This document shows positions 8,114 to 16,937 of a stretch of DNA of 64,000 nucleotides, in pieces. The DNA is from Gordonia sp. (in: high G+C Gram-positive bacteria) (GTDB taxonomy: Bacteria > Actinomycetota > Actinomycetes > Mycobacteriales > Mycobacteriaceae), in the NCBI GenBank assembly GCA_047605365.1, contig JASGFV010000001.1, positions 24,849 through 88,848 of the forward strand, read 5' to 3'. Position numbers and translations under genes: made by a program. A model generated the notes under the pieces. That model did not search any database and had not been told where the DNA came from. It worked only from the letters and a program-made list of their open reading frames with translations. Each line of letters opens with the position of its first letter. Position 1 is the stretch's first letter.

Positions 8114-10546
8114 GTGGCATTCGAGACTTCGCGCTGGCCCGAGACGGATCTGTCCGCTGCGGGCCTCCCCGCCGTCGACGATCGCACATCGCTCGGCTCG
8201 ACGGTGCTCGGCCAGCGCATGAACACGGTGAAGAACGCGCAGGCGTTCATGGACTGGGAACAGTTCCAGATCGCGATGGCCCTCTACGACGAGCTGTCGG
8301 AACATCCCGAGGCCCCCGGTGACGAGGCGGGCGGCTCGGACCAGCGTGAGCGCCCTCTCGTCGATGTCTACGCCTGCGCTCAGCTGGCGGTTCAGTTCGC
8401 GCTGGAGACCACGGTCTACCAGGCTCAGATGCTGCTCGACGACGCGTTCGTCGCGCGCGATCGGCTTCCGGAGTGCGCCGCACTGCTGCGCATCGGACGC
8501 CTCGACCGACGTCGATTCCACAAGATCGCAGTGGAGACCGACCTGGTGATCGACGCCGAGCACGCCCGCATCCTCGATGCCCGCATCGCCGCGGACCTGA
8601 TCGCCCAGAATGCGACGACCCTGTCCGAGAACGCCGTGGCGGAGCTGGCGCGGCGGCACGTCGTCGACGTCGATCCGGACGCCGCCCGTCGTCGCCGCGA
8701 TCGGGCCGTGAAGGCGCGCAGTCTGTCGTCTCGGCAGCTCCCCGACGGGATGTCGTCGCTCACCGCGACCGCCACCGCCGAGGACGTCCGGCTGGCAGAG
8801 GCCTCGGTCGACGCCGTCGTCGACGGACTGTGCCCGAATGACCCGCGGACCAAGGCCGCGGCACGCTCGGATGTCGCGATCGCGCGGCTGACCGGCCGAC
8901 GATTCACCTGCCTGTGCGACCGCGAGGACTGCACCGCGCGCCTCGATCAGACGGCGCTCGACGCTCGTACAGCGCGTATTGTCGTGCACGCGATGTGCCA
9001 GGGCAGCACCCTGGCCGGCGACGACGACTCGCCCGCCTACCTCGACGGCCACGGTCCGATCACCGCGGCTCATCTGCGGGAGCTCGCCGAGCGCGACGAC
9101 GCCGTCGTGCACCATCACGACCTCGACGACCTGTGCGAGGAGATCGACGTCGACGCGGACGAGGACGCCGACACGGACGCCGACGATGACGACGCTGATG
9201 CCGATGCCGCCGTGGATGCCGACGATGACGACGCTGATGCCGATGCCGCCGAGGATGACGACGCCGATGCCGCCAATGGCGGCGCCGAGGATGACGACGC
9301 CGATGCCGCCAATGGCGGCGCCGAGGATGACGACGCGGATGTCGACGCCGATGCCATCGTCGACGTCGATGCTGATGCCGAGAATGCCGAGATCGGTGCC
9401 GGCGTGAACGCCGCGGAGCTGGTCGACGCAGGTCTCGAGGTGGCCGACGCAGGGTCGATCGAGGGTCTTGTCGCAATGACTGGTGCTGAACCGATCGATG
9501 CTGATGGCGGTGTCGATGTTGATGTCACTGTCGATGCTGAGGTCGCGGCCGATACAGAGGCAGGTCCGCCGTGCGGCCCCGACCGCGGCGAGCATCTGCC
9601 CCGCCCCGCAACCCCGGCACCGTCCGGGGGCGGTCGCGCACGCCCCGGACACGGCTGGACCGCGCCCGATTCGGCCCCGGTTCCGGATGTCGCGGCGGCG
9701 TTCGGCGGGGAACTCGTAGCGAGCGCCTCCGGACGGTTCTCGGATGCCTTCATGGACGGGTGCGTCCTGGTCGATCCAGACGCCGATCAGCTCGATGCGA
9801 TGTTCGCCCAGACCATCGCTCACGGGTACGGAATCTTCTTGGACAGCTTGGTCTTCGACGATCCTGCACTAGATCTGACTGCTCCGCCTCGCCTCGAGGC
9901 GGTGGTGTCGGTTGCCGATGTCGACGAGCCGGCCGCCGACGCGTCGTCGAGCGTCCGGAGCCGGGTCATTTCTCGCACCTCCCTGCCCAGCGACGGCTAC
10001 CGTCCGAACACCCTCACCGACCTCTTCGTCCGATTCCTGTGGGGTCACTGCTCGGTGCCCGGTTGTCATCGTCCGGCGTTCGCGTGCGACCTCGACCACG
10101 CCGAGGAGTACGACAACATCGACCCGGCGCAGGGCGGTCCGACCTGCGTCTGCAACCTCCTGCCGAAGTGCCGCTACCACCACCTCGTCAAGACTCATGC
10201 CGAGCAGTTCGTGGACGAGCTCTGGATCGACGGCCGCGGGTGCTTCCGCACCGCGGCCACCATCGCCGGGATCACGGCAGAGGCGTTCGCACCGAACCAC
10301 TGGCTGCTCCCGCAGCTGCTTCGCATGCGCTGCCGGCACCAACTCGGCGCCGGCGTGCTGCGTCGTGCAGCGGCCGCCGCTGATCCCGGTGCCGGACCGG
10401 TACGACGTCGTACCCGGACGCGGGCGAAGCACGATCGTCGTCGGGCTGAACGCGCCCGCAACCGTCGGGCCCGGGAGGCCGACCATGCCGACGCCCCGCG
10501 GCCGACGCCGCCACGGCTCGACGACGACGATCCGCCGCCGTTCTGA
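8114..10546 (+). CDS. DUF222 (13E12-repeat family) protein with C-terminal HNH endonuclease domain
   Basis: DPDAARRRR, CPNDPRT..AARSD, LDGHGPI (DUF222); C..PGC.RP...CDLDH...GGPT...NL.PKCRYHH.VKT (HNH); ends DDDPPPF; RBS agggggtg. Confidence 0.88.
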   Translation: MAFETSRWPETDLSAAGLPAVDDRTSLGSTVLGQRMNTVKNAQAFMDWEQFQIAMALYDELSEHPEAPGDEAGGSDQRERPLVDVYACAQLAVQFALETTVYQAQMLLDDAFVARDRLPECAALLRIGRLDRRRFHKIAVETDLVIDAEHARILDARIAADLIAQNATTLSENAVAELARRHVVDVDPDAARRRRDRAVKARSLSSRQLPDGMSSLTATATAEDVRLAEASVDAVVDGLCPNDPRTKAAARSDVAIARLTGRRFTCLCDREDCTARLDQTALDARTARIVVHAMCQGSTLAGDDDSPAYLDGHGPITAAHLRELAERDDAVVHHHDLDDLCEEIDVDADEDADTDADDDDADADAAVDADDDDADADAAEDDDADAANGGAEDDDADAANGGAEDDDADVDADAIVDVDADAENAEIGAGVNAAELVDAGLEVADAGSIEGLVAMTGAEPIDADGGVDVDVTVDAEVAADTEAGPPCGPDRGEHLPRPATPAPSGGGRARPGHGWTAPDSAPVPDVAAAFGGELVASASGRFSDAFMDGCVLVDPDADQLDAMFAQTIAHGYGIFLDSLVFDDPALDLTAPPRLEAVVSVADVDEPAADASSSVRSRVISRTSLPSDGYRPNTLTDLFVRFLWGHCSVPGCHRPAFACDLDHAEEYDNIDPAQGGPTCVCNLLPKCRYHHLVKTHAEQFVDELWIDGRGCFRTAATIAGITAEAFAPNHWLLPQLLRMRCRHQLGAGVLRRAAAAADPGAGPVRRRTRTRAKHDRRRAERARNRRAREADHADAPRPTPPRLDDDDPPPF
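9179..9336 (+). repeat. In-frame tandem repeats (about 39-bp and 36-bp units) encoding an Asp/Ala-rich acidic tract
   Basis: gccgacgatgacgacgctgatgccgatgccgcc x2 and gccgaggatgacgacgccgatgccgccaatggcggc x2.5. Confidence 0.85.
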
Positions 10547-10630
10547 TCCACCGTGGCAGGGACGGTGGGAAGGGTCTGACGGTGGGCGTCGTTCCGGGCG
10601 GGGCGCGTCGTCGCTGTATACGCTGAAGCG

Positions 10631-12028
10631 GTGAATGGCGTTCCCCAGGATCCTCAGGGCAGTTCCCACGGCGGCGAGTCCAACGGCAGTGACTCTTACG
10701 GCAGTGACTCTTACAGCACTGACTCTTACGGTAGTGGCTCCAGCGGCCGTGGCTCCAATGGCAGTAGTGACTCACGCAACGGCGACGGCGCAGAACGTCC
10801 CGGTGGCGGGCAAGCTCAGCAGCCGCCCGGTCCGGGCTACGGGGACACCCGGCACATGCCACTGCCCGGACCGGCAGGGCAGGGGGCAGGGCGGCCCGGT
10901 CCTGGACCCGGACGACCCGGTCCTCCGCAGCCGCCCTCGCACGCCGGCCCGGCCCGTCCGGGCCCCGCGCAGCCTGGCCCCGCGCAGCCTGGTCCTGCAC
11001 AGCGGGGTCCTGAACAGCGAGGTCCTCGACAGCCGAGTGATCCGCGTCGGCAGGGGCCGCCACCGCCCTGGGCGGTGCAGAACCAGCCCGGCCCGAACCA
11101 GCCGGCTCCCGGCCGACCTGCGCCGGGGCACCCCGGACCAGGTCAGCCCGGACCAGGTCAGGCCGGACCGGCTCGTCCTGCTCCGGGAACGCAGCCTGGT
11201 GGCCGGAACGACCAGCCGCTGCCTGCACCCGGCGTGCCTCAGCGGCCCGGGCCGCCGCAGGCGCAGCCGCCTCGCCCGCAGGGTCCCCAGTGGCGGCCTC
11301 AGTACGGGCCCGGTCCGCACGGAGCGAACGGGCCGGTGCCGCATCCGCAGGGTGCGAGTGTCGCCGGGCGGGGCCTCCCGGGTCCGAACACGCAGGCTCC
11401 GAACACGCAGGGCCCGAACACGCAGGGCCCGAACACGCAGAGCCCGAACCCCGAGGGCCCGAACCACCAGAGTCTGAACTCACAGGGCTACCAGAACCGC
11501 GAACACCTGCAGCAGGACCAGCCGCAGTTCGGCGCGACGCAGCCCCGCGTCGACCATCCGGAGTCCGAGAGTCGGCAGGCTGTCGGCGGTCCGCAGCCGG
11601 GAACACCGCAGCCGGGAACACCGCAGACCCAGCAGTTCTCCGGTGGCGTCCAAGGCCTGGTGTTGACCGCCAAGTACTTCCCGCTGGCGTTCGTCTTCGC
11701 GCTGCTCAAGCCGACGATCGAGGTCGACGGCCGTCCGGTGCCTGCGCAGTGGGGCGAGAACAGCATTCCGCTGTCGCCCGGGCAGCATCACGTCCACGTG
11801 CACGTGCCGTACATCCTGCCGTCGAAGGTCGGCCCGGCCGACACCGACTTCGCCGTCGCCCCGCAGGAGACGGTGTCGCTCGAGTACCGTCCGCCGCTCT
11901 GGACGTTCAGCCCGGGATCGCTCGGCGAAGGGCCCCAGCCCTACAACGGGAGGGGCATCTTCCTGGCGCTGATGACGGTCCCGATCGCCCTGGCGATCAT
12001 TCTGATCGTGCTCACGCTGTTCCTGTGA
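10631..12028 (+). CDS. Pro/Gln/Gly-rich protein with small C-terminal folded domain and terminal TM helix
   Basis: 15-bp repeats (GSDSY at 10685-10729, GPNTQ at 11381-11470); conserved-looking C-terminus KPTIEVDG..VPAQWG....LSPGQHHVHV..PY. Confidence 0.7.
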   Translation: MNGVPQDPQGSSHGGESNGSDSYGSDSYSTDSYGSGSSGRGSNGSSDSRNGDGAERPGGGQAQQPPGPGYGDTRHMPLPGPAGQGAGRPGPGPGRPGPPQPPSHAGPARPGPAQPGPAQPGPAQRGPEQRGPRQPSDPRRQGPPPPWAVQNQPGPNQPAPGRPAPGHPGPGQPGPGQAGPARPAPGTQPGGRNDQPLPAPGVPQRPGPPQAQPPRPQGPQWRPQYGPGPHGANGPVPHPQGASVAGRGLPGPNTQAPNTQGPNTQGPNTQSPNPEGPNHQSLNSQGYQNREHLQQDQPQFGATQPRVDHPESESRQAVGGPQPGTPQPGTPQTQQFSGGVQGLVLTAKYFPLAFVFALLKPTIEVDGRPVPAQWGENSIPLSPGQHHVHVHVPYILPSKVGPADTDFAVAPQETVSLEYRPPLWTFSPGSLGEGPQPYNGRGIFLALMTVPIALAIILIVLTLFL

Positions 12029-12033
12029 ACGGC

Positions 12034-12066
12034 CGGCCGGCCGCTTCAGACCAGCGGCCGGCCGGT
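12034..12066. terminator. GC-rich hairpin between convergent genes
   Basis: ccggccggccgct-tcagacc-agcggccggccgg inverted repeat. Confidence 0.5.
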
Positions 12067-12900
12067 GTCCATCCGCCGCTGCACGTCGCGCAGCAGCAGC
12101 GTGAACGGAAGCTCCCGGAGCGAGCGCGGCATGAACCGCAGCGCGCCACGCACCACCGCGTTGTGCACGTCGAAGAAGAGCTTCTGCGACGCAGACTGAC
12201 TCACCCGCATCTTGCGGCGGAAGTCCTCCGGCAGGAAGCCGATGGTCATCGTCTCGGAGAACCATCCGGCGGCGAACTGCACCGGCTTCGCGGCGAACTC
12301 CATGCGGACGATCCGCAGCAGGTGCTCGCGAATCGTGTCGTCGATCTCCAGCGCCTCGACCGTCGAGTTCCAGTACTCCTCGAAGTCGGCGCGGGTGGCC
12401 GGCCACAGCTCGGCGGGCATCTGCAGCGTCGTGCCCATGATCGCGCCTTGGCGATACGCCTCTTCGGTGATCGCCGCCGGATCGCCGTAGATCCGCTGCA
12501 TGTCCTCCCAGCCCCGGTACAGGCAGGCCGCCACCCAGAGCTGCAGCGACGGGTCGAAGGCGTTGTACTTCACCGGACTCGCATCGGTGGAGTGGACGTG
12601 CGCGTGCGACTTGTTCACCGCCGTCCGGTACGCCTTGCGCATTTCGGCTGAGCCCTTGGCGGCGACGGCCAGATAGCTCAGCGTGGTCCGCGTCCGCTTG
12701 TTCGGATGCTTGAACAGGTTGCCCGAGTCGACCTTGCTCTCGTAGACGCCGTAGCCGACGGCGGGCACCGCCAACTGCATGACGACGTTCGCCGGACCGG
12801 CGAGCAGCGCGGGTCCCAGCATCTCGAGATCTGGAACTTCGACGGCGTCGAGGAGCTCGCGACGGGTGTGCTGCGCGGTGGAGACATCTTCGACTGACAT
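12046..12900 (-). CDS. Oxygenase MpaB family / DUF2236 protein
   Basis: GPANVVMQLA.P.VGYGV.ES.VDSG, KR.RTTL.YL, YNAFDP.LQLWVAACLY; RBS ggaggg before ATG at 12900. Confidence 0.85.
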   Translation of the reverse strand: MSVEDVSTAQHTRRELLDAVEVPDLEMLGPALLAGPANVVMQLAVPAVGYGVYESKVDSGNLFKHPNKRTRTTLSYLAVAAKGSAEMRKAYRTAVNKSHAHVHSTDASPVKYNAFDPSLQLWVAACLYRGWEDMQRIYGDPAAITEEAYRQGAIMGTTLQMPAELWPATRADFEEYWNSTVEALEIDDTIREHLLRIVRMEFAAKPVQFAAGWFSETMTIGFLPEDFRRKMRVSQSASQKLFFDVHNAVVRGALRFMPRSLRELPFTLLLRDVQRRMDTGRPLV

Positions 12901-12914
12901 GGCGCCCTCCAAAG

Positions 12915-12932
12915 TGAAAACAGCTGTTATCA
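12915..12932. promoter_or_regulatory. Palindromic TetR-type operator
   Basis: TGAAAACAG-CTGTTATCA (one mismatch) between the divergent DUF2236 and TetR genes. Confidence 0.6.
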
Positions 12933-12975
12933 GTTGATTGAACGCTTCTCGCTCACCAGGTGTCAAGATGTTCTG

Positions 12976-13602
12976 GTGACAGATTCGGATTCCGACGACG
13001 AGACGCTGCGGTCCTACGGGGGCGAGGCGGGGACTACGCGCGTGGAACGACGCCGCATCGCCCTCGTCGACGCGGCCCTCGAACTCCTCGCCCAACCCGA
13101 ATCAGCCCCTGTGACGGTTCGCGGCATCTTGGCGCAGGCGGGCCTGACCCCGCGCTACTTCTACGAGAGCTTCACCGGCGTCGACGACCTCGTCGGCGCC
13201 GCGTACGACGAAGTCATCACCGAGATCGCCCAGCGCGCCCTCGCCGCATTCGACGGCGGATCCGAGGGCCGCGACAAGATCGAGCGCGGCGTCCGCGCCA
13301 TCGTCGACGTGATCGACGCCGACCCGCGCAAAGGCCGGCTGATCTTTGCCGACACCGTGATCAGCCCGGTGCTGGTGGCCCGCCGAGCGCAAGCGGTCAC
13401 CCTGTTCGCTCAGCTCACGTCCGAAACCGCCGCGCAGACCTTCGACGTGCCGCCCGGCCCGGAAAGCCTCGCCGCAGCCCACTTCCAGGTCGGGGGCCTC
13501 GGCCGGGTGCTGGCCTCCTGGCTCGACGGCCTGATCGACGTCGACCGTGAGGCCTTGATCGACGTCTGCGTCGAGATGCTGCTCCCGAAGGCCCGCGACT
13601 GA
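12976..13602 (+). CDS. TetR/AcrR-family regulator
   Basis: RSYGG....R..RRR.ALVDAAL, VTVRGILAQAGLTPRYFYESF HTH; start codon uncertain (12934 or 12976). Confidence 0.88.
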   Translation: MTDSDSDDETLRSYGGEAGTTRVERRRIALVDAALELLAQPESAPVTVRGILAQAGLTPRYFYESFTGVDDLVGAAYDEVITEIAQRALAAFDGGSEGRDKIERGVRAIVDVIDADPRKGRLIFADTVISPVLVARRAQAVTLFAQLTSETAAQTFDVPPGPESLAAAHFQVGGLGRVLASWLDGLIDVDREALIDVCVEMLLPKARD

Positions 13603-13675
13603 CCGTGTCCGGCCGCCGGATATGTTTGCCAAGCGCGTCACAACGCAGTGAGCGGCACCATAGTGAAAGGCACCG

Positions 13676-14377
13676 ATGGGCACTCTCTACCTGGTCAGGC
13701 ACGGGCAGGCGCCCGCGCACGCCTACGCGTACGGCCCGGACGGCGCCACCGCCGGCGCTGAATCAGCCGGTCCCGGGTTGACCGATCTCGGCTTCGCCCA
13801 AGCGCGGCACACCGGTCGCGAACTCGCCCGCCAGGTCGACGGCTTCGACGCCGCCGTCAGCGGCGGCCTGCCCCGGCAACAGGACACGCTGCGCTCAGTC
13901 CTGGAGGCCTTCGACGCCCCGCCCGAGCACGTCGTCGACCCCGGCTGGGACGAGTACGACATTCCGCAGCTCTTCGCGAACCCGGAGGACCAGGCCCCGT
14001 CGCCCGCGGTGACCGGCCTCGGCGCCGACTTTCAGCGCGTGCTCGACGCCGCACTGGCCCGCTGGGTCGACGGCGAACTGGCGGCCGACTACTCCTACGC
14101 TGACTACGTCGCCCGGATCGCCGCCTCCGCCGACGCGGCCGCCGACCTCGCCGGCCCGGGTGAGAAGGTGCTCGTCGTATCCTCCGCGGGCACCATCACC
14201 GCACTGATCGCGCAGCTCTGGGGCGTGCCCGGCGCGCAGTGGCCGGTGCTCGCACGGACCATGGTCAACGCGTCGATCACCAAGATCATCGTCGGCCGCA
14301 GCGGCCTGACCGTCGTGTCGATCAACGAGCACGGTCACCTCGCACAGCTCGGCGACAAGCTCGCGACCTTCCGGTAG
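13676..14377 (+). CDS. Histidine phosphatase (phosphoglycerate mutase) family protein
   Basis: LYLVRHGQ, RQQDT, WDEYD, INEHGHL. Confidence 0.88.
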   Translation: MGTLYLVRHGQAPAHAYAYGPDGATAGAESAGPGLTDLGFAQARHTGRELARQVDGFDAAVSGGLPRQQDTLRSVLEAFDAPPEHVVDPGWDEYDIPQLFANPEDQAPSPAVTGLGADFQRVLDAALARWVDGELAADYSYADYVARIAASADAAADLAGPGEKVLVVSSAGTITALIAQLWGVPGAQWPVLARTMVNASITKIIVGRSGLTVVSINEHGHLAQLGDKLATFR

Positions 14378-14407
14378 TCGGTCGCCGGACTCAGTCGACC
14401 AGACTCG

Positions 14408-14861
14408 TCAGTCGACCAGGGTTCGCGGCGTAAGTGCGACGGGGAGCGGGTCGTCGACGACGAACTCGCCGTCGCCCGCCGCCTGCGCCGCGGTGACGTA
14501 CTCGCCGTCGACCAGTCGCCACGCGACGATCGACGGCCCCGGTCGTGGATCGGCCCGGGTCCACCATCCAGTAGTGCGGGCACCCGGCCCTTGCGAGCCG
14601 GGCCTTCTTGAGGTGCAGGTCGATCTCGCGAGTCGACGGCGAAAGTGCCTCGACGGCCAGTAGCGGAGCCGTCGGCAGATTGTGTTCGGTCAGGTCGGTG
14701 GTGAATGCGACGACGATGTCGGGCTGAATCACAGTGTCTGTCGTCAGTGCGACGTCGAGTGGGGCAGACAAAGCCTCGACCCCAGGCGGGCACACAGCGC
14801 TCAAAGCTACGAACAGTCGGCCTGATGCGCGTTGGTGCCGCGGCGTCGGTGCCGGGCTCAC
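14408..14861 (-). pseudogene. Uma2 (DUF820) PD-(D/E)XK endonuclease, frameshifted and N-terminally eroded
   Basis: VSPAPTPRHQ..., QPDIVV, PLLAVEALSPST...DL..KK....AG.PHYW.VDP; the typical C-terminus PSIVAWRLVDGEYV...LVD* is in another frame, ending at 14408. Confidence 0.75.
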
Positions 14862-14927
14862 GACGAGAGCCGTTCGACGCTCTTCGTTCGCCGACGCTTC
14901 CCGCCACGTCGTTCTACCCTCGGATTC

Positions 14928-15350
14928 ATGAGCGAATCACCCGAACTCAGTCCCACTGCCTGGGTCAACGACCAGACCAAGACCATCCTGGAGACCGGCA
15001 CCACCGACTCCGTCGGCATCGACGGCCGCAAGGTGGTGCTGTTCACCACCACCGGCGCCAAATCGGGCAAGAAGCGGTACGTGCCGTTGATGCGCGTCGA
15101 GGAGAACGGGAACTACGCGATGGTCGCCTCGAAGGGCGGCGCGCCGGACAATCCGTCCTGGTATTACAACGTCAAGGCGAACCCCGAGGTCACCGTCCAG
15201 GACGGCACCGCGGTGGTCACCAAGACCGCCCGTGAGATCACCGGCGACGAGCGCGCGCACTGGTGGAAGCTGGCCGTCGAGGCTTTCCCGAACTACGCCG
15301 AATACCAGCAGAACACCGACCGAGAAATTCCAGTCTTCGTGCTCGAGTGA
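14928..15350 (+). CDS. F420-dependent (Ddn-like) nitroreductase family oxidoreductase
   Basis: TTTGAKSGKKR.VPLM, VASKGGAP.NPSWYYN.KANP, YAEYQ..T.REIPVFVL. Confidence 0.9.
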   Translation: MSESPELSPTAWVNDQTKTILETGTTDSVGIDGRKVVLFTTTGAKSGKKRYVPLMRVEENGNYAMVASKGGAPDNPSWYYNVKANPEVTVQDGTAVVTKTAREITGDERAHWWKLAVEAFPNYAEYQQNTDREIPVFVLE

Positions 15351-15372
15351 CTTGACACACGCCCAGTACGTA

Positions 15373-15401
15373 TTGCCACGGCCGCCATTGCTTGCTAGCT
15401 T
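15373..15401 (+). promoter_or_regulatory. SigA-type promoter candidate for leader peptide / ROK regulator
   Basis: TTGCCA-N17-TAGCTT, 9 nt upstream of ATG at 15411. Confidence 0.55.
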
Positions 15402-15410
15402 TGGCCCACT

Positions 15411-15536
15411 ATGACGAACCAGCCGTACGCCATCCCGGAGGTCACCTACGTGACCACCGCTCTGGGATGCCGCCTGCCGCTGGCACGCGTTCTCTGTTGT
15501 CGCCGAATGCGCTGTACCAGCCCATCGGCCCGCTGA
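15411..15536 (+). CDS. Putative Cys-containing leader peptide (41 aa), absent from the ORF track
   Basis: MTNQPYAIPEVTYVTTALGCRLPLARVLCCRRMRCTSPSAR*; 4 Cys including CC in the distal half; no Shine-Dalgarno; 75 nt before the ROK gene. Confidence 0.65.
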   Translation: MTNQPYAIPEVTYVTTALGCRLPLARVLCCRRMRCTSPSAR

Positions 15537-15611
15537 TCTGCGGGACAGACCTTCGCTGCGCATGTCCGATATCGATCGACGTCGCGCATGGCACCCCAGA
15601 GGACAATTTCA

Positions 15612-16865
15612 ATGACTTCCACCCTTGACCGTCGCATCGCCGCTCCGGCCGTTCCCGCCAACCTCGGCGTCCGCGTCGAGCCGGCGCCGCGCACCGTCAC
15701 CCTGCACTCGGAGATCGCCCGCCTGCAGCTCTCAACCAAGGCCGCCGCACTGGTGCTGCGCACCGCCCGCGTCTCCGGACCGGTCTTCCGCGACGACACC
15801 GCGGCCATCACTGGACTCTCGATCTCGACGGTCAACCGCCAGGTCAGCGCCCTGCTCAAAGCCGGCCTGATCCGGGAGCGCGCCGACCTGACCCCGCCCG
15901 GCGCCGTCGGCCGACCGCGCGTCCCGTTCGAGGTCAACACCACCGGCTTCCTGACCGTCGGCATCCACATCGGTCTCAAGACCACCTCGATCACCACCCA
16001 CGACCTGCTGCACCGCGTGGTGGGCGCCATCGCCATCCCGACCCCGAACACCGGCACGCCGGAGCAGATCGTCTCGTCGATCGGCGCCAGCGCACGACGG
16101 TTCGCCGACCGCTGGGTGGGCAGGCGCCTGCTGTGGGGCGGCGTCGCCATCGGCGGCCGGGTCGGCGAGGAGGGCGTCGTCGACCATCCCCGATTCGGCT
16201 GGAGCGGCGTCCGCGTCGGCGAGCTCATCGCCGAATCGCTCGGCCTGCCGGTGTCGGTCGCGTCGCACGTCGAGGCCATGGCCGCCGCCGAACTGGTCGT
16301 CAACCCTGCCGACCAGCGCCAGAACTTTCTGTACTTCTACGCTCGCGAAATGGTCGGCATCGCGTTCAGCGTCGACGGCACCGTGCACACCCCGGCCGCC
16401 GGCCCGCCGACCATCGGGCACTTCCCGACCGGCCCGACGACGCTGCTAGACCCCGGCCGCACCGGAGAGCTGGAAGCCTCCGTCGGCGACTCCGGCGTCC
16501 TGCGGGCCGCGGAAGCGGCGGGCGTCCAGGCGTCCTCGGTCGAAGAGCTGCGCGCCCTGGCTCGCACCGGGAACACCGTCGCGCACGACATCCTGGTCGA
16601 GCGCGCCGAGGTCCTCGGCCGCACCGTCGCGCTGATCTCCGACATCTTCAACCCCGACCACGTCATCCTCGGCGGCCAGGCCTTCACCGACTACCCGGAG
16701 ACGCTGCCCGCGGTGTCGAAGGCGCTGCGCGCGACGTCGGTGGTCACCCAGCGCGACGTCCGCGTGGCCCGGTCGGCGATCACCGTCCAGCAGAAGGCCG
16801 CGGGCGCCGTCGCCCTCGACGCGATCTACGCCGACCCGATCGAGGCGCTCGCCTACACCGCCTGA
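15612..16865 (+). CDS. ROK-family transcriptional regulator (Rv0485-like)
   Basis: N-terminal HTH TGLSISTVNRQV.ALL, GAVGRPR, VGIHIG, LWGGVAIGG, NPDHVILGGQAFT. Confidence 0.85.
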   Translation: MTSTLDRRIAAPAVPANLGVRVEPAPRTVTLHSEIARLQLSTKAAALVLRTARVSGPVFRDDTAAITGLSISTVNRQVSALLKAGLIRERADLTPPGAVGRPRVPFEVNTTGFLTVGIHIGLKTTSITTHDLLHRVVGAIAIPTPNTGTPEQIVSSIGASARRFADRWVGRRLLWGGVAIGGRVGEEGVVDHPRFGWSGVRVGELIAESLGLPVSVASHVEAMAAAELVVNPADQRQNFLYFYAREMVGIAFSVDGTVHTPAAGPPTIGHFPTGPTTLLDPGRTGELEASVGDSGVLRAAEAAGVQASSVEELRALARTGNTVAHDILVERAEVLGRTVALISDIFNPDHVILGGQAFTDYPETLPAVSKALRATSVVTQRDVRVARSAITVQQKAAGAVALDAIYADPIEALAYTA

Positions 16866-16937
16866 GCACTCTTCTGTTCGGTCGGGCCGACCGCTAAGAT
16901 CTGCCTGAATCGGTGGACGGATCGAAGGTGGTGTGTC

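Noticed and set aside
9179-11470. CRISPR-like arrays in the repeat-rich region
   Set aside because: Repeats are contiguous, in-frame multiples of 3 inside ORFs, with no unique spacers and no cas genes
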